A stretch of 64,000 nucleotides of DNA from Candidatus Latescibacterota bacterium (lineage in GTDB: Bacteria > Latescibacterota > UBA2968 > GCA-2709665): the NCBI GenBank assembly GCA_965205485.1, contig OZ242180.1, forward strand, positions 3,680,001 to 3,744,000. The letters are read 5' to 3'. Position 1 is the stretch's first letter. Every line of letters begins with the position of its first letter. Of the stretch, positions 59,275 to 64,000 are shown one piece after another. The notes below the pieces were generated by a model that was not told the origin of the DNA, did not search any database, and worked only from the letters and a program-made list of their open reading frames with translations. The position numbers and the translations under genes are program-made.

Positions 59275-59535
59275 ATGGCTGAACGAGAAGCCACGGTGAA
59301 AAACAGGTTGGGTATCCATGCGCGGCCGTCGGCCCTTCTTGTGCAGGCGGCCGCAAAGTATGTATCGGAAATTACCCTGATCAAGGATGGGCTCGAGGTC
59401 AACGGCAAGAGTATCATGGGCGTTATGATGCTCGCGGCGGAGACGGATGCGAAAATTCGCGTCCGGGCGGCGGGTCCGGATGAAGAGGAAGCTCTGGACG
59501 AGATTGTGCGGATGATCGAGGGAGAGTTCGACTGA
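59275..59535 (+). CDS. ptsH: Phosphocarrier protein HPr
   Basis: GIHARP (His15), NGKSIMGVMML (Ser46). Confidence 0.96.
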   Translation: MAEREATVKNRLGIHARPSALLVQAAAKYVSEITLIKDGLEVNGKSIMGVMMLAAETDAKIRVRAAGPDEEEALDEIVRMIEGEFD

Positions 59536-59569
59536 ACGGGCACATTGTTGCGTGCAAGGTCTCAGACCA

Positions 59570-61351
59570 ATGAAAGTACTGAAGGGCATCCAGGCATCGA
59601 ACGGCATCGCCATCGGACCGGTGTATCTTCACGATCCTGAGGAGCCGTGGGTAGACTACCGGCGGATCGGGGAAGATGAAGTCGACGGCGAGGTGCGGAG
59701 GTTTCTGGATACGCTGGCCTCCGTGGCGGAAGACCTGAAGGCCACACGGGTTCTTGTCGAGGAGAAGCTGGGCCCGGACCACGCGCAGATATTCGACGCG
59801 CATCTGATGATTCTGGACGATGCGGCCCTGCGGGAGCCTACCCTCGCATCGATCCGGAAAGATCGGGTGAACGTGGAGTATGCGTTCTGGCTGACTCTCC
59901 AGAAGGTGCGCCGCCAATTCGACGCAATTCAGGACGACTACTTCAGGGCCAGGCGCGCGGATATCCTCGACGTGGAGAGGCGGGTGCTATCCAGATTGTG
60001 CCGGCGGGAGGACTCGTTGCTGGAACGGATGACCGCCCCTGCGATCGTGATCGCCCACGAGCTGACACCCTCCAATGCGGCGCGCCTGAAGCGGGACAGC
60101 GTGCTGGGCATGGTTACCGAAGCGGGCGCCGCGACTTCGCATGCGTCGATTATCGCGCGGGGGCTCGAAATTCCGGCGGTCGTGGGCGTCGAGGCGGCCC
60201 TGGCGTCGGCCGAGCCCGGCGATACGGCTATTGTGGACGGGAACCGGGGGCTTATCTGTATCCGGCCCGATCCGGACACGCTGAGCCGGTACCGCGCCGA
60301 AGCCCGCCGGTTCACCGAGTTGCAGAAGGGGCTGCTCAGGTTTACCGACGTGCCCGCCGAAACCCTTGACGGCGTTCGCGTGTGCCTGCAGGGCAATATA
60401 GAACTGCCTGAAGAGGGGCGGTCCGCGCTGGCGTACGGAGCGGAGGGCATCGGCCTGTTCCGGACGGAATACCTCTATCTCGCGGGGTCCAGCCTGCCGG
60501 GTGAAGACGAACAGACGGCTGCGTACACCCGTCTTGCCGAACAGATGGCGCCTCATCCGCTGGTGGTGCGAACGCTGGACCTGGGCGGCGACAAGCTGGC
60601 GCAGGCATCGCACGCCGCCGAAGAGACCAACCCGTTTCTGGGCTGGCGCGCCATACGGCATTCTCTGGCAAACAGAGATCTCTTCCGTATTCAACTGAGA
60701 TCTATCCTCCGGTCCAGCGCGTACGGAAACGTGAAGCTGATGTTCCCAATGATATCGGGCGTGGAGGAACTGCTGGAAGCCAAGTCCGTACTCGCGGAGG
60801 CCCGCGCCGAACTGAAACGGTCCGGCGTGCCGTTCGACGAGAACTGCGAGGTCGGCGCGGTCATCGAGGTGCCGTCCGCGGCAGTCGTAGCGGATCAGCT
60901 TGCGCGCGAAGTGAGTTTTTTCAGTATCGGGACCAACGATCTTGTCCAGTATACCCTCGCGGTGGATCGGGGCAACGAACGGGTGGCCTATCTGTACGAT
61001 CCGTATCATCCCGCCGTATTGCGACTGATCAAATCGGTTGTGGACGCCGGGCACCGTCACGACATTCCGGTCACGGTCTGCGGGGAAATGGCCGCCGACC
61101 CACACAGTTGCGTCCTGTTGATGGGCCTAGGGGTGGATGGATTCAGCGCGGGTCCGCGTATGGTTCCCGAGATCAAACAGGCGATCCGGACGGTCACCAT
61201 GGAAGAGGCGAGGGCGGTGGCGGAAGAAGCGCTCGCCCTCCCCACCCGGGGTGCCATTCGGGAATACCTGCACGGTGCCTTGACCCGGATGCAGGCTCCG
61301 CGCAAGGCGCCGGATGAATGGGTCGAGGAGCCGGCCGGGATTGAACGCTAA
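59570..61351 (+). CDS. ptsI: PTS enzyme I
   Basis: TSHASIIAR, GIGLFRTE, NPFLGWR, SIGTNDL, CGEMA. Confidence 0.96.
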   Translation: MKVLKGIQASNGIAIGPVYLHDPEEPWVDYRRIGEDEVDGEVRRFLDTLASVAEDLKATRVLVEEKLGPDHAQIFDAHLMILDDAALREPTLASIRKDRVNVEYAFWLTLQKVRRQFDAIQDDYFRARRADILDVERRVLSRLCRREDSLLERMTAPAIVIAHELTPSNAARLKRDSVLGMVTEAGAATSHASIIARGLEIPAVVGVEAALASAEPGDTAIVDGNRGLICIRPDPDTLSRYRAEARRFTELQKGLLRFTDVPAETLDGVRVCLQGNIELPEEGRSALAYGAEGIGLFRTEYLYLAGSSLPGEDEQTAAYTRLAEQMAPHPLVVRTLDLGGDKLAQASHAAEETNPFLGWRAIRHSLANRDLFRIQLRSILRSSAYGNVKLMFPMISGVEELLEAKSVLAEARAELKRSGVPFDENCEVGAVIEVPSAAVVADQLAREVSFFSIGTNDLVQYTLAVDRGNERVAYLYDPYHPAVLRLIKSVVDAGHRHDIPVTVCGEMAADPHSCVLLMGLGVDGFSAGPRMVPEIKQAIRTVTMEEARAVAEEALALPTRGAIREYLHGALTRMQAPRKAPDEWVEEPAGIER

Positions 61352-61451
61352 CAGTCCGTTGAGAAAGTCGCTCTGCAGGCGAGGCCTTGCAGACGGCCTG
61401 GTTGGCCGAAGGAAGCACTACCTGAATTCCACGACAGGAAAAGAGGAATAA

Positions 61452-62621
61452 ATGCGGCGGCTTTTTACCTCGGAGTCGGTTTCGGAGGGGCACCCTGACA
61501 AAATCTGCGATCAGATTTCCGATGCGGTTTTGGATGCGATGCTTGCGGAAGACCCGCGGTCGCGCGTCGCGTGCGAGACGATGGTGACCACGGGCCAGGT
61601 GGTGGTATCGGGAGAGGTCACCACGCAGGCCCGGGTGAATATTCAGGAACTCGTGCGAAGCGTCATCCGGCGCATCGGGTACACGGATTCGGCGTACGGA
61701 TTCGACTACCGGTCCTGCGGCGTGCTGCTCGCACTCGACACGCAGTCGCCCGACATCTCCCAGGGGGTAACAGAGGGTGAAGGTCTGCATGAAGAGCAGG
61801 GCGCGGGCGACCAGGGTATGATGTTCGGCTATGCCTGCCGCGAGACCCCGGAGTTGATGCCAATGCCCATCATGCTGTCACACAAGCTGGTGATGGCCCT
61901 GGCGGAGCTCCGGCGCAGCGGCGCGCTTCCCTATCTGCGGCCCGACAGCAAGTCGCAGGTGACCGTGGAATACGAGGACGACAGACCGGTGCGTGTACAT
62001 ACGGTCGTGATCTCGACCCAACACGACCCCGACGTGGAACATGACCGCATCTGCAGCGACATGAAACAGCATGTCATACAGAAGGTTATTCCGGCGCGCT
62101 ATCTGGATGAGGACACGGTCTATCACATCAATCCGACCGGGCGATTCGTGGTCGGCGGTCCGCACGGCGACACGGGATTGACCGGACGCAAGATCATCGT
62201 GGATACGTACGGCGGCGTGGGGCGCCACGGCGGCGGGGCGTTTTCCGGAAAGGACCCCAGCAAGGTCGACCGGAGCGCGCACTATGCCGCGCGGTACGTC
62301 GCGAAGAACGTGGTGAAAGCCGGGCTCGCGAGCCGATGCGAGGTGCAGTTGGCCTATGCCATCGGCGTGGCAGAGCCGGTATCCATCTTCGTGGATACAT
62401 TCCGTACCGGCACGGTCAGCGATACGGATATTGCGGACCTGGTCCGCTCGCATTTCGAGTTGCGTCCGTCCGGCATCATCCGGGCCCTGAATCTTCTTCG
62501 TCCGGTGTACGAGCGCACCGCCGCCTACGGTCACTTCGGGCGGACGGAGGAAGGGTTTACCTGGGAACGAACGGACAAGGCGGAAGCCCTGAAGAAGGCC
62601 GCGGGGAAGGACAGGCCCTGA
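61452..62621 (+). CDS. metK: S-adenosylmethionine synthetase
   Basis: [28 protein letters not shown]. Confidence 0.99.
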   Translation: MRRLFTSESVSEGHPDKICDQISDAVLDAMLAEDPRSRVACETMVTTGQVVVSGEVTTQARVNIQELVRSVIRRIGYTDSAYGFDYRSCGVLLALDTQSPDISQGVTEGEGLHEEQGAGDQGMMFGYACRETPELMPMPIMLSHKLVMALAELRRSGALPYLRPDSKSQVTVEYEDDRPVRVHTVVISTQHDPDVEHDRICSDMKQHVIQKVIPARYLDEDTVYHINPTGRFVVGGPHGDTGLTGRKIIVDTYGGVGRHGGGAFSGKDPSKVDRSAHYAARYVAKNVVKAGLASRCEVQLAYAIGVAEPVSIFVDTFRTGTVSDTDIADLVRSHFELRPSGIIRALNLLRPVYERTAAYGHFGRTEEGFTWERTDKAEALKKAAGKDRP

Positions 62622-62643
62622 TGCGGACGGAGAGGAGACTGAA

Positions 62644-63894
62644 GTGGGTTACGAGGTAAAGGATGTCGGTCTTGCGGAGCAGGGATTCAGAAATATCGAA
62701 TGGGCCGAGAAGCAGATGGGCGCCCTGTTGAAGATAAAGGAACGCTTCGAGCGTGAAAAGCCGCTCGAGGGATACCGGATCGGCATGGCGCTCCACGTAA
62801 CCAAAGAGACCGCGGTGCTTGTGCGGACCCTGCGGGCGGGCGGCGCGACCGTATCGATAACCGGCTGTAATCCGCTTTCCACGCAGGACGACGTGGCGGC
62901 GGCGCTTGCGGCAGAGGACGTCGCGGTCTACGCCTACAAGGGAGAAACCCGGGAGGACTATTACCGGTATCTTCGCGCGGTTATAGAGACCCGGCCGCAC
63001 GTGACCATCGACGACGGCTGCGACCTGGTCAACGAGGTGCACACGAACTACGCCGATCTGATCCCGGAGATCGTATGCGGTTGCGAAGAGACCACAACCG
63101 GCATCATCCGCCTGCGTGCGATGGAGAAGGACAATGCGCTGAAATACCCCATCATTGCCGTTAACGACTGCGATACCAAACACCTGATGGACAATTTCTA
63201 CGGCACGGGGCAGTCGGCGCTGGACGGCGTCGTGCGGGCGTCCAACCTGCTGATCAGCGGAAAGGCGGTTGTCGTCGTCGGCTACGGCAGTTGCGGCAAG
63301 GGCGTGGCGTCGCGGGCGCGGGGACTGGGAGCGGAGGTCATTGTCACGGAAGTGGATCCCTTTCGCGCGCTGCAGGCGCGGATGGACGGGTTCCGGGTGA
63401 TGCCGATGGCGCACGCGGCGGGTATCGGAGACCTGTTTGTCACGGTAACCGGCAACAAGCATGTGATCAGCGCGGAACATATGCTGGCGATGAAAGACGG
63501 CGCGGTGGTGGCCAATGCCGGGCACTTCGACCTGGAAATCGACGTGGACGGGCTCGAGGCGATGGCGGAGAACAAGGAGGAAGTGCGGCCCCTGTTTCAC
63601 GAATATACGATGAACGGCCGCTCGCTGTTCCTGTGCGGCGAGGGTCGTCTGGTGAACCTCGCGTGCGCGGAGGGCCATCCGTCCACGGTGATGTCGCTGT
63701 CGTTCTGCGATCAGGCCCTCGGGGTTGAATACGGCATCCGGAACGCCGATTCGCTGGAACCCAGGGTGTACCGGCTCCCCGATGAGATCGACCGCGAGGT
63801 CGCCCGGCTGCAACTGGAGGCGATGGACGTACAGATCGACTCGCTGACCGCCGACCAGGAGCGGTATCTCGGTTCCTGGCAGGAGGGCACGTGA
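62644..63894 (+). CDS. ahcY: Adenosylhomocysteinase (short, 416 aa)
   Basis: CNPLSTQD, DDGCDL, EETTTG, GYGSCGKG, GRLVNL.CAEGHP. Confidence 0.97.
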   Translation: MGYEVKDVGLAEQGFRNIEWAEKQMGALLKIKERFEREKPLEGYRIGMALHVTKETAVLVRTLRAGGATVSITGCNPLSTQDDVAAALAAEDVAVYAYKGETREDYYRYLRAVIETRPHVTIDDGCDLVNEVHTNYADLIPEIVCGCEETTTGIIRLRAMEKDNALKYPIIAVNDCDTKHLMDNFYGTGQSALDGVVRASNLLISGKAVVVVGYGSCGKGVASRARGLGAEVIVTEVDPFRALQARMDGFRVMPMAHAAGIGDLFVTVTGNKHVISAEHMLAMKDGAVVANAGHFDLEIDVDGLEAMAENKEEVRPLFHEYTMNGRSLFLCGEGRLVNLACAEGHPSTVMSLSFCDQALGVEYGIRNADSLEPRVYRLPDEIDREVARLQLEAMDVQIDSLTADQERYLGSWQEGT

Positions 63895-63943
63895 GCCGTA
63901 CGTTTGCTGGACCGCGGTAATGACATCCCTTTCGTGCGCAATG

Positions 63944-63983
63944 AAAAAGCCCCGGAGAGAGATCCCCGGGGCCTTTCCTGTTT
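63944..63983 (+). terminator. Probable terminator after ahcY
   Basis: AAAAAGCCCCGG...CCGGGGCCTTTCCTGTTT. Confidence 0.6.
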
Positions 63984-64000
63984 CACCGCGCAGGTCGGAT

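Noticed and set aside
61352..61451. SAM riboswitch before metK
   Set aside because: Only 100 bp with a small hairpin; no SAM-I core (AUC.AGA / GCAACC) or other SAM-class consensus that I could recognise.

Overview
GC-rich bacterial chromosome segment. My inference is an FCB-superphylum organism (Latescibacterota/Gemmatimonadota-like), possibly host- or sponge-associated, based on FlgD-Ig 'NxPNPFNP' proteins, a group II GGGP synthase, and ankyrin/Sel1/TPR/Calx-beta proteins. Core blocks: recG-pfkB-hflK-hflC-peptidase-coaE (23-29.5 kb), and tadA, tRNAs, large SRP RNA, dnaX-ybaB-recR-pgsA-pgpA-thpR-recA-recX-alaS-GGGPS-ptsH-ptsI-metK-ahcY (45-64 kb). Accessory blocks: 1-22.7 kb (heparinase, ankyrins, MATE, M16 peptidase pair, MntA/dead HepT, ABC-ATPase + PD-(D/E)XK pair, imuA-imuB-dnaE2-SRAP) and 29.6-43.4 kb, which ends at tRNA-Asn. 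Best candidates for something new: (1) a single ORF fusing a HigA-type antitoxin HTH to a SIR2-like domain with an atypical TLCHD motif, behind a promoter containing a perfect palindrome and a ~250-nt structured leader; (2) a two-gene ABC-ATPase + small PD-(D/E)XK nuclease operon that looks like a defence system; (3) a candidate lineage-specific SOS box shared by the recA and imuA promoters; (4) MITE-like elements sitting on stop codons. No CRISPR array, integrase or transposase was seen. All calls come from reading motifs by eye; no database search was run.
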